From Candidatus Poribacteria bacterium (GTDB lineage Bacteria > Poribacteria > WGA-4E > PCPOR2b): a DNA stretch of 64,000 nt. The stretch lies in NCBI GenBank assembly GCA_965208675.1, contig OZ242351.1, positions 160,001 through 224,000 of the forward strand, given 5' to 3'. A model generated the notes under the pieces. It worked only from the letters and a program-made list of their open reading frames with translations, had not been told where the DNA came from and did no database searches. Both the position numbers and the translations under genes were made by a program. Of this stretch, positions 47,487 through 56,351 are shown in pieces (position 1 is the first letter of the stretch; each line of letters begins with the position of its first letter).

Positions 47487-49076
47487 TCAAGGCATTTCGA
47501 ACGTTCGGCGTAGAATGCTTTGGTGGCCGAGGTCATTTTCGAGATGGTAGATAACCGTATGAGTACCGGCAGTAGCGTTGATGTGGCTAACATTGATTGT
47601 TGGGCTGAGTGTGATAACCTCAGCGTCGTCACCGGAGACTGTCTCTTGGTGAGAATATGGGCCAGAGCATCTTTCTCCGAGGGGATTAAGGATTTTCCAC
47701 GAGACCTTAATCCATTTTGGGCGCGGATTGAGTTTGATATAAACCACTAATTCATCCGCGAGCGAGTTCTCATTGAAGCCGAGTACACCAAATTCAGAGA
47801 GCATTTTGGCTGTCATAGTTATCGGCGGAACGTATTCCAAGTAGCCCTTGCCGGGAATTGCTCGCCAGACCCCCTGCGTGCCCCAAGCAATCTGTTTAAC
47901 AGGCAAATAGTCCAGGCCGAGGACGTTCACACGTATGCGTTCGCGCTGCAACGTTTCGATGACAAAATCTAGGCTATACTCGGACTTGCCATCGTAATCT
48001 GCATCATGGAATGCAGCGTCACTCGCGAATACGAAGAACCGTTGCCTTCCCGTACGGAATTTTATCCTGTCCACCGCTGTCATTAACGCGTCTAAACCGG
48101 ATTCGAGGAGATCACCCCCGCCCTCAAATTCAATCTCGTGAAGCCAAGTTTTAAACTTACTGCGTTCGGCCGTAACACCGCGTGCATTTGGTTTTTCTTC
48201 CGCGGCATCGGAAAAAGTGACGAGGCCAACCGCTGCGTTGTGTCCCGTTCGCGCTAAATGATCCAGAAATTCATCGGTATAAGCCCGAATTCCACGAACA
48301 TTGTCTTTCATGCTCCCCGTCTTGTCGACGATAAATACGATATCAACTTCGGGTGTGGTTGCGGCCTCCGCAATGTCTAGTGCGAGATCGGTCATCAGCT
48401 TGATGTAATTTCCTTGCGGTCGCGATGCCCCGCCGCTGCCGTAGCTGCCGTAAGAGTTTCCTACAGGTGCACCGCGCAGGACTGCGCCGCGCGTGTGCCA
48501 ATACCGCATATCGGCTGGACTAACCTCAAGAGAATTTGCTTTCAAACCCCTTCCCGACTCACTTAGGCTGATATTTTCGTTTTCGGTTGGAGCGGTAACA
48601 TCATCCGAACGCGTCGGTTGTAATGGCACAACTGCGGCAGCAATTGGTTGAGGTATCGGATACGCAGAATTTGGCAAGCGGGAATGAGGATTCAGTCTAA
48701 TCTGGTTAGATTTTGTTGACCGTTCCCCAATTTTGGAAGTTGTCTCCCGGTGCGCTGGGTTGTCGAATGAGGGTTCAACCTGCCATTCTGCATCAGAAGT
48801 GGGCGTTGGCTTGGGCGGATCAAACTTCTTTGCCTCTTCCGTGGGCTTAGCAGGAGGCGGCGGCTTTTGAGGCTTACTAGGACGGTCTTCTATACGGGGT
48901 AAATACGAGATATCAATCGCAATCTCATCATGAACGGGTCGAGTCTGATAACGTTCATGCCAAAGCCGGGATAAGATAAGCAGGATAAGGAGGTGAACCA
49001 TGAGCGAGTACATTAGAAAGGAGTAAGAATGTCTGCGCGGCTGCACGGTATCACCTGCTTTGAGAATGGAAGGCAC
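47487..49076 (-). CDS. Membrane-anchored vWA-domain protein with Pro-rich linker
   Basis: TonB-like anchor (SLMVHLLILLIL), Pro/Lys-rich linker, MIDAS DIVFIVDKTGSM, GGD..ESGLDAL, SDAAFH. Confidence 0.82.
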   Translation of the reverse strand: MPSILKAGDTVQPRRHSYSFLMYSLMVHLLILLILSRLWHERYQTRPVHDEIAIDISYLPRIEDRPSKPQKPPPPAKPTEEAKKFDPPKPTPTSDAEWQVEPSFDNPAHRETTSKIGERSTKSNQIRLNPHSRLPNSAYPIPQPIAAAVVPLQPTRSDDVTAPTENENISLSESGRGLKANSLEVSPADMRYWHTRGAVLRGAPVGNSYGSYGSGGASRPQGNYIKLMTDLALDIAEAATTPEVDIVFIVDKTGSMKDNVRGIRAYTDEFLDHLARTGHNAAVGLVTFSDAAEEKPNARGVTAERSKFKTWLHEIEFEGGGDLLESGLDALMTAVDRIKFRTGRQRFFVFASDAAFHDADYDGKSEYSLDFVIETLQRERIRVNVLGLDYLPVKQIAWGTQGVWRAIPGKGYLEYVPPITMTAKMLSEFGVLGFNENSLADELVVYIKLNPRPKWIKVSWKILNPLGERCSGPYSHQETVSGDDAEVITLSPTINVSHINATAGTHTVIYHLENDLGHQSILRRTFEMP

Positions 49077-49190
49077 ATGGGAGGTAAGATAGGGTCATGG
49101 CCTCTACAAATTTCTCCGCCAATCGTCGATCTCCATCTGTATTATCAGGCGGCAAACCCCAATTCATGGCGAGTTAGTTTGAAAATTCTG

Positions 49191-50957
49191 TCATTGGCTG
49201 ACAAGTCGTTGGAATTCGAGATTGTTGCGAATTCCGTCTAACGCCCTATCAGTCTTTGCCGTTTCTTGATAGGATTTATCACGCGAAAATGCAGTTTCAA
49301 ATGCATCCAGCGCCTTTTCGAGGTTATCGGTTTTTACGTACGTGAGACCCAAGTGATAATGGGCAGACGCCAAATAACCACCTAACTCCACAGCCTGTTC
49401 CAAGGCGGCAGCCGCTTCCGTATACTCGCCGCGTTTGTAGAGCACCCATCCAAGTGTGTCGTGAAATGTCGCGTTATTTGGTTCGTTCAGTAAGGTTTTC
49501 CTTGCGATGGATTCCGCTTTCTCCAAATGTACACCTGCATCCGCGAATGACCAAGCTAACGAGTCGAGACTAGCGATTGCGTACTCACGTACGTGGGCGT
49601 CAGGGTCACTTTCCGCCAATCGTTCAAGTCCCGGAAGTGCTCGAATGTCTCCGAGATCGCCAAGCGCGAATGCAGCGCTGCGGCGGACATTTTCTGCCTC
49701 CGAATTGAGCGCCGCAATGAGCGGCTTTACTGCTTGCCTGCTGCCAACGCGGCCTAAAGCAATCACGGCAGTACTGCGAATGAAATCCTTTTCGTCTTTT
49801 AGCATCGCAATTAACGGTTGCACTGCGCGTTTGTCTTCAAGTGCGCCCAAAGCAACGACAGCACTCACACGAACCGAACTATTTTCGTCCTGGAGGGCAT
49901 CAATGAGCGGCGCCACTGCCCGTTGCTCGCCAAGCCGTCCCAATATGCTCGCTATTTCAGCACGGATAGGATTATTTTCAACTTCGAAAAGTGTAAGCAA
50001 TGGCTCCACCGCTGCGGGACCAAGCTTCTCCAACGCTGAAGCCGCAGTGGCGCGCACCAGAAGATTTTCGTTGTTCAGGACCGGAATCAACAGCGCGATC
50101 GCCGGTTCACCGAGCGCTACCAGTGCCTCCGCAGCTTTGTCGCGGATTGAAGGCTCATCGTTAAGTGCGGCAACCAAGGGAATTCCTGCTCGCATATCGC
50201 CAAGCTGCCCTAAAACAGAAGTTGCAGCCTCACGAACCAACGGGCTCTCATCTTTTAACGCCTCAATTAGCGGCTCGACAGCGCGTTTATCGCCAAGTTG
50301 CCCAAGTGCTAAGGCAGCAAATGGGCGGGTATAGCTGTCCTGATTGATGACAGTCAGCAGCGGCCCCACTGCTTGTTTATCGCCAAGATGCCCTAACGCA
50401 ACCGCAGCCGAAAGGCGGACATCGTTCTTTTTATCCTTAAGCGCCGCGATTAACGGTTCTGTGGCGCGTGCGTCCCTAAGTTGGCCCAACGCGAAGGCTG
50501 TGCTGCTGCGTACTCTACTGTTTTTGTCTTTCAGTACATCAATCAGCGGTTCAACGACTCGTCTGTCGCCAAGTTGCCCAAGTGCAATGGCAGCACTTTC
50601 GCGGACATTACGCCTCTCTTTCTTGTCCTCAAGAGTAGCTAGCAACGGCTCGACTGCCTGTTTGTCGCCAAGATGACCCAACGCAACCGCAGCACTCTCG
50701 CGGACATCACGCTTCTCGCTTTTGTCATTGAGGCGATCCAACAGTGGAACTACTGCTCGCGAATCCCCAAGCCTACCCAATGCTTCCGATGCTTCTATAC
50801 GAGCACTCTTATCTGCGCTCGTCAGTTGTCGGGAATACTTAGCGAATTCATCCAGTTTTTCCTCGGCCGATGCAGGTTGAATAAATCCAAGTGTCATCGT
50901 GACAATGAGGATAAAAACAGAAATCGACTTGTAGTTTTTCATGTTATTATATGCCAC
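49191..50957 (-). CDS. Secreted HEAT/PBS-repeat protein with C-terminal TPR
   Basis: Signal peptide ...PASA-EE. About 13 repeats of VRxxAAxALGxLGDxRAVxPLIxxL. TPR DTLGWVLYK...AHYHLG. Confidence 0.88.
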   Translation of the reverse strand: MAYNNMKNYKSISVFILIVTMTLGFIQPASAEEKLDEFAKYSRQLTSADKSARIEASEALGRLGDSRAVVPLLDRLNDKSEKRDVRESAAVALGHLGDKQAVEPLLATLEDKKERRNVRESAAIALGQLGDRRVVEPLIDVLKDKNSRVRSSTAFALGQLRDARATEPLIAALKDKKNDVRLSAAVALGHLGDKQAVGPLLTVINQDSYTRPFAALALGQLGDKRAVEPLIEALKDESPLVREAATSVLGQLGDMRAGIPLVAALNDEPSIRDKAAEALVALGEPAIALLIPVLNNENLLVRATAASALEKLGPAAVEPLLTLFEVENNPIRAEIASILGRLGEQRAVAPLIDALQDENSSVRVSAVVALGALEDKRAVQPLIAMLKDEKDFIRSTAVIALGRVGSRQAVKPLIAALNSEAENVRRSAAFALGDLGDIRALPGLERLAESDPDAHVREYAIASLDSLAWSFADAGVHLEKAESIARKTLLNEPNNATFHDTLGWVLYKRGEYTEAAAALEQAVELGGYLASAHYHLGLTYVKTDNLEKALDAFETAFSRDKSYQETAKTDRALDGIRNNLEFQRLVSQ

Positions 50958-50963
50958 CCTTCC

Positions 50964-53732
50964 TCACTTTTCCAACACCTTCAAGTGTTCAACTCGTTCA
51001 AGGTATGTATCGTCCAACTCAAAAGCAGTGTCGAATTCTTCCTGCGCTTTCGCTTGCTGATTGTTCTTAAGGTATGCCAATCCCAAATGATAATGCGCCG
51101 AGGCTGATCCGAATCGTCCTTGGATTGCTTTTTCGTAGGCGGAAATCGATTCCGTAAACTTGCCCTGCTTGTAGAGCACCCAACCGAGAGTTTCATAAGA
51201 GGTTGGGGCATCGACGCGAAGCGCTATCGCTTTCTTCACAAGCGACTCTGCTTCATCCAATCTGTTACCCGCGTTGGCTAAAGACCACGCGCGAATATTC
51301 TGTAAACTAGCTGTCGCAGAATTGCAGATTTGTTCGTCTGCATCTCTCTTTTTCAGTTTTTCCAATTCAAGTACCGCCCGTTCATCTCGAAGTTGCCCCA
51401 ATGATTTCGCAGCAATACGGCGTACCCTCCTGCTTTCATCTCTGAGTGCAGCAATCAGCGGCGCAACCGCGCGCCCATCTCCCATACGCCCTAAAACAGT
51501 ACCTGCCATACAGCGCATCGCCTCATCATCGCTCTTTAACGCATCTGACAACAATCCCATCCCCCGTTTGTCCCCAAGCTGTCCCAACCCGATTGCGGCC
51601 ATTACCCGTATTTCATCATCTTTGAGCGCATTAAGCAGCGGCTCAACTGCCCGCTTATCACCTAAATGCGCTAACCCAGCCGCGGCCATTACCCGTACTT
51701 CATCATCTTTGAGCGCATTGAGTAGCGGTTCAACCGCCCGCTCGTCACCTAGCTGTCCAAGCGTAATGGCAGCATTTTTGCGAATGTAACTGTAGCTCTC
51801 TCCTGTGTCGCTATTGTAGTAACTGTTTTTGTTTCGAAGAACCGCAATCAGAGGTTGCACCGCTCGATTGTCATCAAGTTGGCCTAAGGTAGAAACAAGC
51901 ATATTTCTGAAATTGCCTTCTTCCGAATTGCGCACCTGGCCGCTATTCAAGACGCTGATGAGCGGCGTTGTTGCCCGTTTGTCCCCAAGCACTCCCAACG
52001 CAACGGCGGCATTCCAACGGACTTGCCAATTCTCATCATTAAGTGCCGCAACTAACGGTTTCATCGCGCGTGGTACGCCAAGATACCCTAATGCAAAAGT
52101 AGCTTCAAGGCGGACTTGCGAATCCTCGTCTTTAAGCACATCAACGAGTGATTGAACCGATCGCATGTCTCCTAGGCGGCCCAACGCATAAGCAGCGCCG
52201 CGGCGGACGATTTTATCCTGTTTTTTGTCTTTTAACACGGCAATCAGTGGCTTTGCCGCCGGTCTGCCGCACTGCCCTAAAGCACGGGCAGCATGCCAAC
52301 AAAACCCCCATTCTGTATATTTGAGCGCGGCAATCAGCGGTTCTATCGCGCGCTTATCACCAAGCCGGCCTAACGCTTTGGCAGCTTCAAAGCGAACTGC
52401 CCAATCTTGATTTTCGAGCGCGGCAATCAATGAATCTACCGCACGCCCATCCCCAAGCTGACCTAACGCTTTTGCGGCCTGTTGACGCACCTTCGCATCC
52501 CCGTCCTGAAGCGAAACGAGGAGAGGTTCAACCGCCCGCCTGTCCCCAAGTGTACCAAGGGCGTGTGCGGCGTTCGCGCGGCCGCCCCAATTCTTATCTT
52601 GAAGTGCAACAATCAACTCATCTACCGCTCGATTATCATTTAGCTGTTCCAACGCAGCTACAGCGCTGTTACGTATGGAACCCTGTTCGTCCTTCAGGGC
52701 GGCGATTAGGATATCAACCGCTCGCCTATCTCCAAGTTGTCCTAACGCGGCTAGGGCATTATTGCGGACAACACTATCACTATCGCTGGAAAGCGCTATG
52801 AGCGGTTCTACTGCTCGCGGGTCTCCAATCCGACCCAAAATTCGCGCCGCGTCGGCGCGGGCAGAACTTTTACCGCTCTTCAGTATAGATAGTAACGGAA
52901 TTACTGCTGGTTCACCCAGCCGCACTAGCGTCGAGACCGCAGCGGCGTGAACCAATACATCCGCCTCATTGAGGGCAGCTATCAGCGGCGCAACCGCGGG
53001 TTCGCCATGCTGCTCCAATGCGGCTGCGGCTCTTTCACGGACAGAACTTTCATTGTCACGAAAAGCGGCGATTAGCGGTAATACTGCTCGTGTGTTGTCA
53101 AGTTTTCCAAGCACCGATGCCGCGGCGTCGCGCACAAATGGGGTTCCATCTCTGAGCGCCTCAATCAGCGGTTCAACGGCCCGCTTATCGCCAAGCTGTC
53201 CCAACGCAAGAGCAGCAAAGGGGCGGGAAGGGTCATTTTCCTCAATGATTGCAATCAACGCCTCGCATGCCCGCGCATCGCCGAGATGGCCCAACGCAAT
53301 AGCAGCACTATTCCGCACGGCGCGCTGGTCATCTTTCAACGCCGCAATTAAGGGTTCCATCGCTTGTGGTTCGCCAAGCTGTCCCAACGCAAATGCAGCG
53401 CTGCTCCGTACACTGTCACCCGTAACTTTCAGCACCGCTATCAGCGGTTCCACTGCCCGTTTGTCACCCAAATTACCCAAGGCAATGGCGGCTCTCTCAC
53501 GGACAGTACAATCTTCCTCGTGGTCCTGAAGAACAGCCATTAGCGGGATAACCGCCCGCACATCGCCAAATAGTCCCAATTTCTCGGCAGCCTCATTGCG
53601 GAGAAGTTTATCCTCTCCTTCTAACTGCTTGATGTACACTGCTACTTCATCTTTGTGGTTATGGCTGTCGCATCCGCATAACGCTGCAAAACCAATCGCA
53701 ATGAAGACAGACGTCGTCCGGTGTATTCGCAT
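50964..53732 (-). CDS. HEAT/PBS-repeat lipoprotein with C-terminal TPR (paralogue of the neighbour)
   Basis: Start MRIH (53732) or MKEM (53741), lipobox LCG-C, more than 20 HEAT repeats, TPR ETLGWVLYK...AHYHLG. The ORF-track start overlaps the upstream GTPase and is too long. Confidence 0.88.
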   Translation of the reverse strand: MRIHRTTSVFIAIGFAALCGCDSHNHKDEVAVYIKQLEGEDKLLRNEAAEKLGLFGDVRAVIPLMAVLQDHEEDCTVRERAAIALGNLGDKRAVEPLIAVLKVTGDSVRSSAAFALGQLGEPQAMEPLIAALKDDQRAVRNSAAIALGHLGDARACEALIAIIEENDPSRPFAALALGQLGDKRAVEPLIEALRDGTPFVRDAAASVLGKLDNTRAVLPLIAAFRDNESSVRERAAAALEQHGEPAVAPLIAALNEADVLVHAAAVSTLVRLGEPAVIPLLSILKSGKSSARADAARILGRIGDPRAVEPLIALSSDSDSVVRNNALAALGQLGDRRAVDILIAALKDEQGSIRNSAVAALEQLNDNRAVDELIVALQDKNWGGRANAAHALGTLGDRRAVEPLLVSLQDGDAKVRQQAAKALGQLGDGRAVDSLIAALENQDWAVRFEAAKALGRLGDKRAIEPLIAALKYTEWGFCWHAARALGQCGRPAAKPLIAVLKDKKQDKIVRRGAAYALGRLGDMRSVQSLVDVLKDEDSQVRLEATFALGYLGVPRAMKPLVAALNDENWQVRWNAAVALGVLGDKRATTPLISVLNSGQVRNSEEGNFRNMLVSTLGQLDDNRAVQPLIAVLRNKNSYYNSDTGESYSYIRKNAAITLGQLGDERAVEPLLNALKDDEVRVMAAAGLAHLGDKRAVEPLLNALKDDEIRVMAAIGLGQLGDKRGMGLLSDALKSDDEAMRCMAGTVLGRMGDGRAVAPLIAALRDESRRVRRIAAKSLGQLRDERAVLELEKLKKRDADEQICNSATASLQNIRAWSLANAGNRLDEAESLVKKAIALRVDAPTSYETLGWVLYKQGKFTESISAYEKAIQGRFGSASAHYHLGLAYLKNNQQAKAQEEFDTAFELDDTYLERVEHLKVLEK

Positions 53733-53823
53733 TTCCTTCATTTTTCTACGTGTCAGCCAGTATAAATGGCGGAAATAACGTTGGAACCACATGCGTTCTC
53801 GATTTACACGTTCGGTAGTTGAT

Positions 53824-54855
53824 TTAATGCATATGAAATTCCAAAACATCTCCATCGTGGACAATGTCATTACGGCTAACCGTCTGTCCGTCATGCCAGT
53901 TGACTCCCCAGATTCGCGCGTACTTGAAGTTCTCCGCAAAGTCTTTGTGCAGCGACATGGCAGCTTCAATTACAGTGCCATTAATAGGAAGCACAATTGG
54001 ATCCTCGGGGTCAACTGGTTTTCCCGGGGATTTGGTGTAAACGCGTAAAATCTCCATTTGTTCATACATTGCTTTCTGCAACACATCAATACCTTCGCCC
54101 GTTATCGCAGAAAGCGGAAAGATTGGAAAATCGTCGGTGTAAAACTCGCGCAGAATCTCCAAGCGATCGGATGCATCTTCATTGTCCATCTGGTTCGCAG
54201 CGATTAATGCGCGTTTAGTAAATTTGGCGGCGAAGGCGCCCATACTGTTGACATCATTGATGGATACCTCCTCGTTGTCCTGCGGGCTAGGGTAGATTTG
54301 ACCGGCAATTTGAATATTTGCTTCCATCAATACAGACTTTACACTTTCAATCTGATCGAGTACATCATCGCTTGCAAGGCTTAGCACTAGCAACAAAAGA
54401 TCGGCATTTCTTACGATGTCAAACACCCAAGGTTGCACGAAATCTTCCGTGATTGGCGGCAGGTCAATCAGTTGAAACTGAATATTTTCATACTTTAGCA
54501 TTCCGACGGCTGGTTCAAACGTCGTATGGGGAGATGGTGAAACAACCGGATTAGCGTTTGTGAACCTAGCGACGATCTGTGACTTCCCAACGTTTGAGGC
54601 GCCGATCAGGGCAATTTGGCCTGCTCCGTGTTTTGGAACATGATAACTGTGTCCTTTCTTTGCCTGTTTTTTTCCTTCCCCCTTTTTAACCTTTGTAATT
54701 CGCCGACGGAGATCTACACGAACCTTCTCTGTACCCTTGTGTTTCGGAGTAATGCGCAGCATCTCCTCTAACAGTGGGAGTCGTTCATCATCAGTCCTTG
54801 CTGCCTCAAGTTGGTGCTTGAGTTTGTAGTATTCGGGAGGAAGGTTTGCTGGCAT
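53824..54855 (-). CDS. DRG/Obg-superfamily GTPase with C-terminal TGS domain
   Basis: MPANLPPEY, PKHKGTEK, G1 GASNVGKS, PHTT, QLIDLPP, RVYTK.PG, ARIWG, DGDVLEFH. Confidence 0.9.
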   Translation of the reverse strand: MPANLPPEYYKLKHQLEAARTDDERLPLLEEMLRITPKHKGTEKVRVDLRRRITKVKKGEGKKQAKKGHSYHVPKHGAGQIALIGASNVGKSQIVARFTNANPVVSPSPHTTFEPAVGMLKYENIQFQLIDLPPITEDFVQPWVFDIVRNADLLLLVLSLASDDVLDQIESVKSVLMEANIQIAGQIYPSPQDNEEVSINDVNSMGAFAAKFTKRALIAANQMDNEDASDRLEILREFYTDDFPIFPLSAITGEGIDVLQKAMYEQMEILRVYTKSPGKPVDPEDPIVLPINGTVIEAAMSLHKDFAENFKYARIWGVNWHDGQTVSRNDIVHDGDVLEFHMH

Positions 54856-54993
54856 TTTACCGGTAAATTTCAGTTCGATGAGAGCATAGAAAAAAACTTA
54901 TCAACATCGCCGCTATCGTATCCTACGGTCGGCGAATGACCGTCAACTTGCGATTAGGGTCAAGAAACAAGAAGAATCATCTGTCACTAGTAA

Positions 54994-55857
54994 TTATGAC
55001 TTTCGACCCGGTGCGTAACGCGGTGGAATTGGCTGAATAATTTCACGCTGCTCATCATTTAAGCTAGCCATTAAAGCCTCGCTGGGCACGTAATTGAAGC
55101 GGCACCGCAATAATCTTGAGGAATAGCGGTACAGCACGATCCGCCGATAGCCCGGATTGGTTCTGGCGGCAGATCCGTGCGTGAGCGCATCGGCAAACAT
55201 CAGCACATCCCCGGTTTCAAGATAGATTTCCTTCATACCCACCTGCGCGCCGGCAGTAACATCGCTTCGGTAACCTTCCTGCAGTAGCATGGGATGTTTC
55301 ATAGCCGATTTGTGGCTTCCTGGGATAATGGTTGTCGCCCCATCGCCGGGGCCAACGTCCTGCAACGCAATGATAACATCAATCTGGCCGACCATCCATT
55401 CGCCCGTGTTTTCTTGTCGGAAAGTCAAATAGCAGAGCGGAATCGCGCCGCCGCCATGAATGCCGATATACCCGCCCTGCCCCCTTATATTGAGCAGATT
55501 TTCATGGAGGGAGAGGCCGTTTGTCGGGTTAATAAAGCGGCGGCAGTGATCAATCCAAACAGGATAATTAATTAACCTCCGAAAAACTGGTCCTCCCTCA
55601 ATGATATTCTGGAAGTTGCATCCATCTGCGCCGCTGTAGGTGTGTGTTTCAACATCGCCAATCCAGTTGCCAGAATCTTCGTCGGTTTTGCGGCATTTGC
55701 CATCGACAAAATTCCAATGGTCATCAACCCACAGGTTCATCTCCTCAAGGTCTTGTTTCTGTACCGCCTTTTTCACGACGATGTATCCGTTCAGATCAAA
55801 AAGATAATCAATCAGATATTCGTCCGTTTCGTCGGCGTCAACCCAATCACGTGACAT
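54994..55857 (-). CDS. PhyH family Fe(II)/2OG enzyme with HxG iron motif
   Basis: YLFDLNGY, IHGGG, ALQDVGPGDGAT.IIPGSHKS, LTHGS, RRIVLYRY. Confidence 0.82.
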   Translation of the reverse strand: MSRDWVDADETDEYLIDYLFDLNGYIVVKKAVQKQDLEEMNLWVDDHWNFVDGKCRKTDEDSGNWIGDVETHTYSGADGCNFQNIIEGGPVFRRLINYPVWIDHCRRFINPTNGLSLHENLLNIRGQGGYIGIHGGGAIPLCYLTFRQENTGEWMVGQIDVIIALQDVGPGDGATTIIPGSHKSAMKHPMLLQEGYRSDVTAGAQVGMKEIYLETGDVLMFADALTHGSAARTNPGYRRIVLYRYSSRLLRCRFNYVPSEALMASLNDEQREIIQPIPPRYAPGRKS

Positions 55858-56351
55858 AACCGGTCTCCTTCTGTTCCCGATTTCCTGAGCTGTGTTGTAT
55901 CAAAACAGGGGTCTTCATATACCGGTCAACCATCTACAGAGCAACTCCCTTCGACTCAACCGGTTAACTTCCCGGTCTCCTGTTTAACGTGCATCTAACG
56001 TAACCGATTTAGTGTTTTTCCCTCACGCTCGGTGCTTCGGGACAGACTTGCAAATGTTATGTTTTTGTTGTATTATCCTAGCAAAATTCCAATTTTGAGT
56101 CAACAGAAATTCAATCCAGCTTTCGTTGATTTATGATAAGTCCTAGCGCATCCAAATTTGACGATATCGCACGATTCAAAACGCCATCGGATTCCAGCCT
56201 AGCGTTTTCTGCAAATTCTAGATTTATAAAGCCGTTCCATACATCGAAAAATGATAAGTAACTTTTACATCTGACCGCATCACGCATCGTCTCTAATCTT
56301 GACGATGATGTCTAGTCAATCGTTTAATGGCGCCAACGTAAGAGCAGCAAA

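Noticed and set aside
49507-53529. Long plus-strand ORFs opposite the HEAT genes
   Set aside because: Antisense shadows of repetitive Ala/Leu-rich coding sequence.
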